DNA of 64,000 bases from Paraspadella gotoi (Eukaryota > Animalia > Chaetognatha). This document shows, one piece after another, positions 42,101 to 59,131 of the stretch. The notes below the pieces were generated by a model, which was not told where the DNA came from, made no database searches, and saw only the letters and a program-made list of their open reading frames with translations. Position numbers and translations under genes: made by a program. How positions within the stretch are numbered: position 1 is the first letter of the stretch; each line of letters begins with the position of its first letter. The stretch is taken from NCBI GenBank assembly GCA_051294375.1, contig CM119263.1:24594688-24658687 (forward strand), given 5' to 3'.

Positions 42101-43143
42101 TACATTACCTATCAACATCAAAATGATATCGTCATTTTCGCAATAATCCCGGATTTCTTCAATCCACTCTGCAAGACTTTCAAAGCTCTTTTTACTTGTA
42201 ATATCATAAACTAATAAAATAGCTGATATGCTTTTGTATGAACTTCGAATGGTCGAGCGAAGCCGTTTGATACCCGGTGCATCCCAGACATGTAGCTAAG
42301 AGTAATTGAATTTAGATCACAACGTATGTAAAAGAAACTATTGAATTCCACTCTACAGGGAGATCCAACTCTTTTTGGAAAGTATTTTAAAATATTTGGA
42401 TGGGTTAATGTTGTAATTTAATAAAAATTGGTTCAAATGTTAAAAATTGTTTGAATAATATAATCCAATCAAAAAATCTTCCCTCGGCAGCATTGTTGAC
42501 CTTCTGCAAGAATCAACGGAAAGCGGCGCAAGCCTTTTCGACCGAGCCCAGTGGAAAAGTCCTGATTCCTGCCACTATCCTTACTTTCAGGTGGTTGACA
42601 GTTATGCAGTAAGTACGTTTGACTTTTGGCTCGACCACCTCCTGTTCTTAATAGTCGGGGCATTTTAGTCAGGATAACTGAGGGGCGATAAATCTGGTAT
42701 ACTATTTTTTCTTTTAATTTTTGTTAAAAAATTTGAAAATTTGGTTAAAAAAGTTCGCGGAAAAATTAGACATGTGATTGGAAAGTGATGAATAAACACT
42801 TACGGAACGATTTTATGGTCATATTTGGTATCGCTCGAAAGACAAAAGCGCCCCTTTTCCCTTTTTTTTTTCTATCTTAAACTGCCCTCGAGCTTTTTTC
42901 CGAAAAGAGCTGGACCTCCCGGTATTTATTTTCATCTATTATATGTATAGTATAAAGTATAACATTGTCTACCTTGACATTCATGCCATCGATGGTTTTG
43001 ACAGATTTAGTATAGAAATCCATACAAATGGTTGATATTGCACGCGAAGGAAATGCATTCTGAGAAAACTTGAGCGCTATGCTTGTTTTACCAACATTGC
43101 TATCTCCGAGCAAGATGAAACGGAAAACGAAATCGTGGGCCAT
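39107..43143 (-). CDS. Divergent Rab-family GTPase with a long C-terminal extension (multi-exon)
   Basis: G1 GDSNVGKT, switch I STICMDF, G3 WDAPGIKR, LLVYDIT, G4 GNKHD, G5 EVSAF. It continues through spliced S/T/N/E-rich exons (ORFs 41032-41772, 39494-39994). The 3' end (~39107) is tentative. Confidence 0.8.
40565..40950 (+). mobile_element. Retroposon-like fragment ending in an (ATT)n tail, inside a Rab intron
   Basis: GC-richer insert in AT-rich intron, terminating in GATTATTATTATTATT. Confidence 0.45.
42354..42924. mobile_element. Tc1/mariner-type MITE in Rab intron 1
   Basis: TACAGGGAGATCCAACTCTTTT versus AAAAGAGCTGGACCTCCCGGTA (3 mismatches), with TA at both ends. Confidence 0.65.
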
Positions 43144-44339
43144 TGTAAATTTAAAAACGTACTTAATGAATAGGTTTAGCAACTGTTTTTGGGTTTTGGA
43201 AGAAAATATTATGAAGATTTTTTTGTCTTAAAAAATTGAGGGAGTAATCCATTTTTTCTCGCGGAAGTCGGAATAAAGCGGTGAATAAGCTGTTTTTACG
43301 AGCGAAGTTGCGCAGATCCTCGTACGAGAGCTCGCCAAAAATTACCAGGAGGTCGTGAATAAAGAGGGTTTCTTTTGATCTGATTAATGCCTTTCTTGTG
43401 AACGTTTTTTCGGTTTTTTCAGTTTTTCTGCTTTTGCGGACAATTTTTATTAAAGGTCTTTGTCTTTAGAGGAAAATTGATATTTAATGACAAATTTAAG
43501 TTCTTAATATCTCGTATTAGTTAGTCGTTTTGAAGGGAAAACGCTTTCTCCCCGAGATGAAGTTGTTATTGGTAGCCCGAAGTCATACAAAATGAACTCG
43601 TTTTAACCTTTGTGGCACTCGTTAATTTGGTTATAGTCTCCGAGAAAAGGTTGACTGTTTTTAGAAAGCCACTAACGAATTGTTTCGAGGAGAGCATTGG
43701 AGATGAAACGGATTATCTTCCAAGAGATGAATCGAAATATTTGCTCGATGATCGTCACAGCAGTGAAATTCTTAGCGATTTCGTCGTAGACGAGCAAATT
43801 GCGTGATAGAAGTACTAAAAATGATATTAGGCGGTTTAGGTTTTTTTACTTTTTTCTTTGTTCAAAGTTACTGAAATGAAATACTCGTTCGTAAAAAATA
43901 GATTTCCACCTCTGGAAATTGTCACGTGACTATTTTTTAAACCAAGTTGTTTGTTTTCTCAATTTACGTTTGACCCAAGTTTTCCTTTACGAGTGACTCA
44001 GTCGAGTGGCAGGAAATTAGAAATTACCAACTTTTCTTACAACCTTGAATGAGTTGTCAACCTCGTCAGCTGGTTGTAACACATTTCTTGCTGTTGTATA
44101 CATTTTGATTAAAATGTTCTTCTATACAGTTATGGCAACAGCCGGGGTTGCCTGTGATGCCCATTGGGATGGGCATCTCACTGTTGGCTTTGGGAGCTTC
44201 CGACTCAGTGACGCCTCCTGTAACTGGCGCGGTTACCCAAGGACGGTCTCGCTTTGCCAACACAGAGGGAAGTCGTTAGGACTGTGGATGGAACACAATG
44301 CCTGGGATGGTGCGTTCCCCGTTTGAGCTCTGATGGATA

Positions 44340-44970
44340 GATTGAGATGAAATTTTGTGTGGGTAGGCAAGTGTGTGATTTTTTTTAGCTGGATATAAAG
44401 TTTGGATGGAATCGTGCGAGTGGAAATACTTTAAATGGAAAAAACCAAAGTCAAGTTAACTTGAATTTTTATTAATTATGCTCATAAATGTTTTAATTAA
44501 ATAATTTAAAAAATGATGCAAGTTGAAAAAATGATGCAAGTGTAGTGGCCATTTCTACCATCCTTTGGCTGATCCGTTTCACCCGTGATCTGATTCTCTC
44601 TCTGTAATCGGTGAAACTTGCAGGTGACTCGCCAGGGAACTCATCGGGTCTTTGGAGTCAAATCTATTGACTTTGTGGCTATAAAAGCAGACTTAGTGGT
44701 CCAATGCTCAAATATTTTGATCTTATTCGCATTATTATTTCTTTGCCATTGTACATTATTAAATGTATGGCAACGTGAAATGAAAGGAGACAGGAATTAT
44801 AAAGGATTTACATGTATTGGCGCAGCCACTGGTTATGTATGGTACGATCTGTTATGATCAGTGAGGTTCACAAATTGAAAGAATTATCGGGATTTATCAT
44901 CTGATTAGCTGATTAGTGATTACCGCTTAATTATCGTAGGCAGATCCGACATTGTTTGCTCAAACATGTT
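44340..44970 (+). mobile_element. Partial DINE-1/HINE-like copy
   Basis: Shares GTGTGGGTAGG...GTGTGTGATT...GCTGGATAT internal sequence and the 3' GCAGATCCGACATTGTTTGCTCAAAC end with the other copies. Confidence 0.55.
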
Positions 44971-45166
44971 TACTCTTTATTACATTTTCGTTTGCTTAAG
45001 ACTGTCTGTTTCATGGTTATGATTAGACTGAATCAACCTTGTTGTATTTGAATTAAATCGTATATATTAACATTTATTAATATCAACAAAATTAAATTAC
45101 AAACTCAGTAATTTTATTATCATCAAAGTTTGTTTAATTATATACATAGTTACAACAATATTGACG

Positions 45167-45270
45167 AAATTGATAGCGCCACGCTTCCATCAAAATTCCT
45201 TCTGCTTATGCTTTTGAAGAAATTTTTCATTAGACTAAACTTTGCCAGTTGCAAGCGTTGCTATCAATTT
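45167..45270 (-). promoter_or_regulatory. SECIS element in the SelO 3' UTR
   Basis: Minus strand AUGA-AAAAUUUCUUC-AAAAGCAUAAGCA-GAAGGAAUUUU-GAU: GA/GA core, fully paired 11-bp helix and apical AA loop. Lower stems ACGCUU/AAGCGU and AAAUUGAUAGC/GCUAUCAAUUU. Confidence 0.92.
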
Positions 45271-45312
45271 TTATAAGCCATGCAACGACCGAAAGCTTTG
45301 TGCTGCATGGAA

Positions 45313-50072
<4,760 letters not shown>

Positions 50073-50548
50073 TTGTCATATTCTCACCGCTTTTGAAAGT
50101 TATTTCTCAGCAGTTCGATTTGTAGTAATTGGAAAAAAATTACAAAAATATTTCGCTAGCTGTATTTTATATCGATTGCCTGTAGGAAAAGCGTGCAACT
50201 TGTTTCTATCGTTTTAGCTGAAGCCGCCATCTGGAAATCGTGCGCAGTACAATTTTTTTTGAAAACAAATGATTAATCTTTATGTAAAAAATTTTAATTA
50301 TCGGTTTGTTTGAATTTCATTTCATTTGCAACATTTGCCTAATTTTAATGTGATTTTGTAATATTTCTGAAATATAATTTATATATATATTTAATTTAGC
50401 CCGGTTACCTATTGTGAGTTTAATTTTTAGGAACGCTGTTTGAAAAGATTATTTAATTTCTTCTAGTAAAAAGTTTGAAATTTAAAATTAAAAATAATAA
50501 GAATGAAGTCCAGCCGCGTTTAGACTCCCCTCGAGCAGTTTCGCAAAG

Positions 50549-53500
50549 ATGGCTCGTGTAGAAAATCCTCCGCGGGGAGACGCCATGGACAGCTTCCTCG
50601 CCGTCAGAGGTCTTTACCGGAAGCCAATTCCCAAGGACGGCTCTTCGCTCTTTCGCGTTTTCTCCGAGCAGATCTTTAACTCCCAAGTCTTTCACGCGAC
50701 TGTAAAGGAGAAGTGGGTTGAGAAAAGAGAAGTTGCTGCTTGACTAATTATTATTCTGATTGACCTTTTCTTTTATTCCGTCATCCAGATGCGTCGCTCA
50801 CATGCTGTCACACGCAAAACTTTACGCGGATGGATTTTCTACGTCCAAAGAGTACGAGCTCTACGTGTCACGCCTGAGATCCGACGAGGAGTGGCCAGGC
50901 GAGGTGGAGATCCGCGCCCTTTGTCGCATCTACGGAGTCAGCCTCGTGCTGTACCGGGAAGTCGGCCGCGAGCCGCGTCAGTACGGGGACGAGAAAGACG
51001 TAAGTCGCGATCACTGATATATTATTGTAAGGGAAATACACGAGTCAATTCTTTTTTTACGTAGATCGAGACAGAGTTGGATCGTCCGAAACGCGTCATG
51101 GCTTCAATGGATGCTGTCAGGCACTTTGATTCCGTTTATAATGATGGGTAATGGATGAGTTGTGATTCTTTAAAAACTTATTAGTTTCAAAGTTTTAATC
51201 CTTTTTAGATATTTGGCGAGTGTGGCATATTGCCAGTCCCTAGTTTACGAAATGTTGTACAAAAATGTATTTCTTATGGAAGAGGAAATTCAACTTGGTT
51301 TAAAAGTAAGTCAAATCTTACAAAATAATTTTTTTGAAGTCATTTAACATTTGCCCAAACTTGTCCAAACAATCTGAGATACTTTCTCAAAAGTCTTCAT
51401 GATACCTAAAAATAGTTATAACTTCCTCGGTAAAATTTTACTTTCGCAGACTGGGGTTTTGGTTTTTTTAAAAAAAACTACTTAAAAATAAATATTTTTT
51501 CAATAATTTAAAAAAAATTATTACCTAATTATTACCCTAAACCCCCTTTAACCCCACTCGGCGAAAGTAAAATTATGCCACTTCCCCTTTCCCTATCCTT
51601 AACACAGAACCTGAGGTCTAAAAACAAGAAGGGCTGCCTTTGCCTTCGATCCACTATTTCAGCACCGCGGCGGCTCGAATCCACCTCTTCGGGCGACGGA
51701 GATGTCGACGTGGAATCTCTCTGGACTTCATCGTCGTCGTCGGAGGTGAGGTCACGTTTCCTTCTTGCCGTCGGGCGAAACTAGTTAGAGCGAGATTAAC
51801 AATATATTGAAGAGACAGTAATTATTGTTGTGTTAGTGACAGAACCGTTCAATATAAGCAGTCCCTGAGCTTCGGATCAGGCTGTAACACCATGTTACAG
51901 GCGGGTTAAGCGCCCCGTCCCTCTTAACTGCCAGACGACCACCGGGCTAGAACCCCGGACCTTTGGGTTGGGAGGCGAATGACTTGCCTCCGGCACCAAT
52001 GGCCGCTGATGAACAGTTGGTGGATTTTAGTCCACCATAATATCTTTTAATATAGAAAAATAAATTCATTCAAAATCCGTAATTTTTGTTTTTGACTTTC
52101 TTTCTTTTGTCAGTTAAAAAACGTCAAAAAGTTGTCACTGCACTATTTAATAGTTTAAAGTTCGTTTTTTCTTCCCACTTATTTTCTCGTTCTATTTTAT
52201 GCTATTTGGAAGGACTAATAAATTAAAAACATAAGTACACAGTTATGTCCTTGCCGGTTCCCCAGCTTTCATTTTCTTTGGGTCGTTTTTTCCGGTTTCA
52301 CCCAGAAGTTTCTCAGTTATCACGAGGGATTCTCTTGGGGTCAATTTGCCCGCATTCTTTCGATTAAGGGGGCGATCGTTAGCGATCCGACCTTTCGGCG
52401 CCGGCGAAGTCTTTTCATCGAGGCGGGGTTCACATTTTTCGATGACTGATGACGAAGAAAAGTCCCGATGACAGCTCTGTTTTTAGTACAACAGTTTGTA
52501 AGGGGTGGAGGTGGCTTTATAAATAAAGAAGTTAGAAAGAGAAATGTCGCCTTTGGCCCAGCCACTTACATACTATTTTCGCCACAGGAATTTTAAAAAA
52601 ATATTTATTAATTTTTTTTTGAGAAAACAATAGATTAAGAAAGGCAAGCGTTTTTAAAGGAATAAAAAGAATTTTGGTAGGTGTTCTTCACTCATAGTTC
52701 TCTTTTTTACAGTCCTCTCACAAAGAAGTCCCCAGCTTAATCAATGGTGTGCGCCAGCCTTCTCCCGCCGCTTCGCCCGACGCATCAAGTTTCTTAGTGC
52801 CTTTGGTTTCTTCCTCGCCTTCCCCCTCGTCCTCCCCGGCTCCCGTCTGTCCTCGACACCCGATGGGTCAAACCCTGGCGCCCATGCCTTTTCCGTTCCG
52901 CGTTGCCAAGGCCCTTGATCCTGACATATACCGCAATGTGGAGCACGATACGTGGTTCGAAGAGAAAAAGATGAAGGAAGTTCGCGCTACATGCGATTTG
53001 TTCGTTAAAAGCTTCATGGTGGGGGACAGGTTAGTCTTAATCTCGTCCTCTCAAGGTAGTTAGCCTTTCTGTTGTTGATTCTCACATTCATTCGTTGCCC
53101 GCCAGATGTTTGGCGAAGCTGGACGACGCGCCCGACACTTCTCGCTTATATCACGCTCACATTCAACGCATGGAATCGGAGGAAGGCCCGGTCACGGTCT
53201 TCGTTGAAGAGTTGGGACAAATGCACCGTCTGCAATTGAAAAACCTCCGAGTCTTGGCGTCGAACGAGCGATGCCTAAGCAACCGACAGTGGAAGCATCT
53301 GAAGTTGTTGCAATTCGCTCCGGATTTGAATTCGGATCCCGTCCCGCTGCATTTGCCTTCACCGCGAGGGGGATACCACGATAGTCGATCTTTTCGCGGC
53401 TTCAATTCTCATCGACCGGTCCTTAACGCCTGCGGCAAACCACGCAAGGAACTACTTCCGCCCCCGCCCGGGTACAGGCTTCTCCAGCCTTTGCAGTTCA

Positions 53501-55378
53501 GGGGACTCCACCCTCACTTTATGCCCACGGTCAACGCCGGTTCGGGGCCTATTGCCAAGGGATTCGTCAACGGACCTAAGGGGAACCGACCATCGACAGA
53601 CGCGGTGAACGTCACCCTGGAAAAACCACAATCTCGTGCCGACACGAGCGCTTCTTCGGAAAGCCCCGTCCAGCTGACCGAGTACGAGAATAAGATAGCG
53701 CAACAGGCTATCGAAACGGTCCACTTGTCGCCCATTCGACCCTTGCGTATCGCTGCCCCGGCTTTATCCGGCGGCGATATTCCTGCGAATTCTCAGTCGG
53801 GACCGGAACAATTCTTGCCATCAGTTTCATCGTTTAACGTACCACCGGAATCTCCTACTGGCTTATTCGGGGTAGCTATATTTGAAGTTCTAGATGATGT
53901 TCCTCCTTATTGTTAACAAGAAAACTCTGTACTTCTTACAGGCGCCACTCTGCCTTTTTCCGTTTCCGCCGCCTGCCGATTATACCAGAATCTCGGTGGG
54001 TCAGGACCTGCCATATGCTCAAATACCGTCACCATTTTCACCGGGTTTCGTTCTCCCACCGCCGCACCCGCCGCCGCCTACTTTTACGCCTCACTTCGAG
54101 AACCCATTCTTTCCTTTTGCTTTTGTTCCAAACCCAGCATCGCCGGCGGAAACGTTGGCTCCACCACCGCACCCGCCTTTGCAGATTTTGGCACACCCAC
54201 CGTTTACAATGTTGGAGGGAAACTCGTCTGCTCTTCCGTTAAAACTTGGATTTGAAAACGCGAACTACTCATTATCGCCAACATGTGGCTTGCCGCCTTC
54301 TCCGCACGATTCTGCCGTTCAAGAACATAAGGCAAGGGCATGTTTTATAAATTAAAATAAAATATTCCACAATAATATAAATAAACACGAATCAAGAAGA
54401 CAATGATAGTCTTTGAGATTGTCCACGGTATTGTCTCCGATATTTATTTTACCTTATAAAACTAGTAAGTAAATTTTAAGAAATAGATATAAAAAATTCC
54501 ATTTGATTACCTCAAATTTGACTGGTACCGGAATGTTAGACAGTGTTGTCCTGGAAATAGAGGAAGCAACTCTGAATAAAGAAGTACTGCTAGTCCTATA
54601 TTTTAAAGCATTTTGAATTAAAAATCGATAATCCCAGTGCGTGAGAGTGCCAATAATGTCGCAGTAACTATATATATTATATGTAATTTGATTTTGACTT
54701 ACAACTAAATTTCGTATCTGTTTTGTTTGCTTCAATCGTTAAATTGCCAAGAGAGAAAATCGATACGTTTTCTCTTTCCAAAAGAGACAGTGAGTGAGAG
54801 AGAGCCGTGACTTAATTCCTGTTCTTCTGCTTAACTAAGCTTTTTGTTTACAAATCTCTTAGACGCAAAACGAAGCTTCCGTCTCCCCATCAGATCCAAA
54901 CTCGGCGGCAGTATCAGCAGATGAGGCGGTAGCGAATGGCGAATCTTTGTCGCCGCTGAGCAATGAATCTGATCCAGCGATAATCGACGCGCGTCCCGTA
55001 GACGACCATAGGTCGAACACCCCGGTCGAGTCACAGCTCCACGGGATGAGTGCATTACCTTTGCTGCCAATTTCGACTCTTGGCGTGGAAATGGGTCCGC
55101 CAGTTTTTCTCACAAAATCGCAAGATCTCAATGGGTTCGTGAAAGAGCCCTTCTCCGAAGTTCCTTGGCGACCATCGGAATCTTTTCAGGGCCCCATGCT
55201 CGCTCCCGTGGCCCCAATTCTCGCTGCAGGTCAATATCCACTCCAGCTCCTACCGGTTACCGGCACAGAAATTTGTTTTCCTAATCCGAACGTTCTGACA
55301 CACTTTGCATACCCGGCTTATCCACCGGTCCCTGTATCTCCTTTGTCCATGCCCTTGCAGCATAATTTCCAGTTTTAA
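50549..55378 (+). CDS. otu: Otu/OTUD4/ALG13-type OTU + Tudor protein with a proline-rich tail
   Basis: DSFLAVRGLYRKPIPKDGSSLFR...WPGEVEIRALC...HFDSVY (OTU domain), the family motif PFPFRVAKALDPDIYRNVE, and Tudor GDRCLA...YHAHIQ...GPVTVFVEELG. Confidence 0.88.
51434..51574. mobile_element. Short TIR element with TAACCC-like interior (related copy ~57520-57700)
   Basis: AATTTTACTTTCGC ... GCGAAAGTAAAATT inverted ends; similar ends at ~57523 and ~57685. Confidence 0.55.
51820..52035 (-). mobile_element. tRNA-derived SINE-like element, copy 2 (in an otu intron)
   Basis: Reverse complement of 22180-22400 with scattered substitutions. Confidence 0.75.
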
Positions 55379-56222
55379 TATCTGCTATTTTGTATAAGTA
55401 TAAATATACAACATGCTTCTGTTTAAATTATTGAATTTACATTTGATACAATGATGTTGACTTTTAACGAATGGGTGTAAGTATACGCTCTTCTCGTTCT
55501 TTTTATCGCTTATTACGCTGTGAGTTTTCTCTTGCTAACTGGAAGTTCATTTAATTTTGTGTTCCAAGTACAGGATATTGTTATTTCATTTATAATCGAA
55601 AATAACTCATTCTAGAACCTTTTTTGTATTTTATGTTTGTTCCGGAGAGCTCCGGAAAATGTTCTTTCTATACCTTTAAAAATAGATTCCAAAGTATGGA
55701 TTTTTGTTTACAACTAATTAGGGTGTTTTTCGATTTGTTTTACTTTTCCTCTTATCATGTTTTTCCAGTCTTCGTGCTCTCATCTTTCATTTGGCAATTT
55801 TGATATCGTATTTTTTGTTCGTATAATCAACTTGTATATCTTTGATTCAAATGCAGGTTGGATACAATCATTTTACTATCGGCAGTTAAAGAGAGCGGAA
55901 TGACCTTTCCGCTAATGGTTTGACTTCGTCGCAACTGAAGTGAAAATCGAGAACCGGAACTGATTTAGACATCTCATTACACTAATTATCTTTTTATTCT
56001 CTTCACAATTAAGAGTTTCAGATTTATTTGCTGTCTTCCTTTTGCCCCCTCTATTGAGCCTCCGGAAATTACGACCTTTTTACGCCATTGCTATTTTATT
56101 AAGCAATAAGCTTAGCGATAAGCCTGCTTGTGAAAAAAGTATTAATATATGATATTTAAATATTTATTTTGTTGGTTTTATTTTTTCATGCAGTTTATTT
56201 TGAAGTTGTGATTTATTTCAAG

Positions 56223-57984
56223 TAGGGTAGTGCGGGGTAATTCGGAACACTGACATATAAAATGAAATAATTAAATTTACAGCATTTGGATACTGGTGCA
56301 GCAGCAATTTCAAAGTTGCTATTCAAATTTCGTCCTTGAATAGTTGTTTTCAAGCCTATGCCACAGTCATATTTGAGACGTAATATGACTATTGAATATT
56401 AATATATGATAGACGAGACTATCACGTTTCATATATATGTAATATAAGATTTTGAATGGTAAATATTTATTTTTAAAATACAGCCCCTAGCTAGGGGTAG
56501 CCCCACTCAATCGGGTGAGTCAATAATTTAGAGTGAGTACATGCTCAAACGAAAATTTACTTTCAATGGACATAAAATTTCTTGTATGGCTCTATAGTAA
56601 TTATTTTTTTTTTAATATTTATTTATAGATAGGAAAGGCCAACAATTTTTTAAAGAATTTTTAAATTTTAAGACAAGATTCAGATTGCTCATAAAAAGTT
56701 GTCTATACAAAGTATAATTCTTTTTAAATATTTCTATAAGCGAGTCAAAAATGAAAAAAAACGTAATGAATTGTCATTATCTTTCGATGATTTTATCAGT
56801 TTTCTAACTTTTTCACTTAGAATTTTTAAAAGCTGTAATTATATATATTTTTTTAGCTTTTTATGCTCAGAATCAGAAACCCATAAAAAATTTTTAAGAT
56901 TTGAACAAAAATTTGTTTGGTCTATATAGTCTATATAGTTAGCGGTAGCCGACCAAATTCAAATTTTAATGGGAACAGCATTAAACTAATCCATTATTGG
57001 TATTAATTATTGTGTTAAAATATTTTTTTGCAAAAATGTTCCGAACCATGAGTAATTCGCTAATTAATATTATTATGTTGCTATATAATGTTAAAAATTT
57101 TTTTTGGATATTTTAAGTTTTTTATAATTACAACTTTTTAAAATTTTGATGTTTTATTACTAAAAATTAGTAAAAACTGCTAAAATCATTGGATGATGAT
57201 GATGATGATTTTTTAAGGTTTTTCTCAATTTAAACCCACGTATCATCAAAATATTGAAAAAAGAATTATACTTTGTGTAGCTAACTTTTTATAAGCTATT
57301 TGAATCTGCTTTTAAAAATAAAAAATTCAAAAAAAATTTTTTGACATTTCCTATCTATAAATAAATATTAAAAAAATAATTACTAATGCTTCTTGCCATT
57401 TTAGAAAATTTTGCTCCATTGAAAGTTTTCTCAGAAATGTTTGAAGTTTCATTTGGAAAGGTTCCCAAATCAAACTTCTGACCCACCCCATTGACGAAGT
57501 TTGGCTCTAATATAGTAATGTGGTTTTACTTTCGTTGACCGGGCTTCAACCCACTTTAAAATAATGTTTTTTTTTTTTTTTTAATTTATAAAATTTTTAC
57601 CTAATTACTCTAACCCTAAACCCCATAACCCTAATCTACCCTTAAACCACTTTAAACCCTAAAACCCCCCCCCTAACCCCGTTCGGCAAAAGTAAAATTA
57701 ACCCAGTAATATAATAATTTTGATTAGGCTGGTACTCTCAGAAGAAAGATTGTTGCTAAAAAAATATTTTAATACTCTAATCTATGCTCGTGGTAGATTA
57801 TTTTAACGCTGTATAAATTAGCATCGGCTATAGCTACCCTTGGGGCCGCAGGATAAAAACAACAATCAACCTGTAGCCGGGAAACTTGAAGATATATCAG
57901 CAAAATCTTTTTTTTTTAACATATTTACTATTCGAAAAATTTTATTACTTCCAAAACTGTTCCGAATTACCCCGCACTACCCTA
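56223..57984. mobile_element. ~1.76 kb non-autonomous TIR DNA transposon
   Basis: Perfect 27-bp inverted ends TAGGGTAGTGCGGGGTAATTCGGAACA / TGTTCCGAATTACCCCGCACTACCCTA (including terminal TA). An internal inverted repeat pairs ~56600-56636 with ~57347-57380. No transposase ORF. Confidence 0.85.
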
Positions 57985-59131
57985 TCATTTATCATCTGTT
58001 CCACCCCGTTGGCGACGTCTACCCTTTTATTCAAACGCTTACGAAAAATATGATTGTATGTGAGGAAAACATTTATTCATATATCACAACAAATTAATTT
58101 ATAAGCTTTTTTTGGCCATTAAAATTAAATGAAGCAAATTTAATCGAAATACCTAAAATTGTTAGGTGCGTACGTGTATTCCTCATAAACAACCATACAC
58201 CGATAAATCAAATGGGCCCTGCCTGTAAAAGAATTACTATGTAAAGTATGGAGCGAAATTAAGTAATGATATTAGTAAGAAACTAAGCGACCGGAGAAAA
58301 ACTATCTTCATGTCATCGTAATCAAGAATCGGTCTGAGTGCGTCGTGTTTTGACTATCGTCCGATTGGCTCAACTCCCTCACATCTCCGCCAATCAACTT
58401 CATTCGCTGACTTCTCCTCGCTCTCTTCGCGGCGCCATTGCCCCCCTCCTCCTCCTCTCTTCCAATCTTTTCTCCTCGTCTTCTCGTTTCGCTCCTACTC
58501 CGACCGGATTTCTCGAGAAGGAGGGAGAGTGCGATTTGCCAAGCAACGCTGGAGAAACTCGTTTCGGTCTCGAACCTTTAGATTTATTTCTCTCGCGTTT
58601 CTCGCATTTTTTTTCGCAACCAACTTCTTCCCCCAACGAGCTTTTCCCACGTGTCCCAGCGTCCCTACGAAGGAACGTCGACCGCGTCTACCTTACCGCC
58701 ACCAAGCGTGCCATTGCTCGGCGCCAACGCCGGGTTTTTCACTCCCCAACGCAAGAACGCGCGCGACGCTTTTCCGGGTGACTCACGCTCGGAGGCGGGG
58801 TCCGCTCTTTTTTTCTCTCGCTCTCTCCGAATCGACGGAGCCGCCGTGGTAGCGACTATTGTGCGTCAGGAAAGCGAAAAATTTATCCGGTTCCAATCCG
58901 AGTCAGCGTCGGAGGATTTCAGCGCAGGGATATCAAGCGTCACGCGATTCGCAACAGTTGCGTGTTCAAGGTTCATCCTGACTTTTCAAGAGAGCAAAGT
59001 CGAAATAAATTCGCGTTTAGATAAAGAAAAATCAAGATCCTATTTAATCAAGCAAGACTTCACAACCACATTTCCAATTATCATTTTTTTCTACGAGAAA
59101 ATATATTTGAAATAACTTTTACGCTCGGAGA

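Noticed and set aside
44125-44335. GC-rich segment with hairpin GATGCCCAT-TGGG-ATGGGCATC as an ncRNA or ribozyme
   Set aside because: No hammerhead, HDV or twister core recognised; it abuts a repeat fragment and is probably transposon-derived
57600-57680. Telomere-like TAACCC repeats (also ~27435-27460, ~51530-51555, ~60350-60385) as telomere-addition or DNA-elimination sites
   Set aside because: Short and degenerate; at least two lie inside TIR-bounded repeats; no perfect tandem array
58338-59115. ORFs upstream of NPC1
   Set aside because: No recognisable domain; GC-rich region with CCAAT boxes fits the NPC1 promoter/5' UTR better
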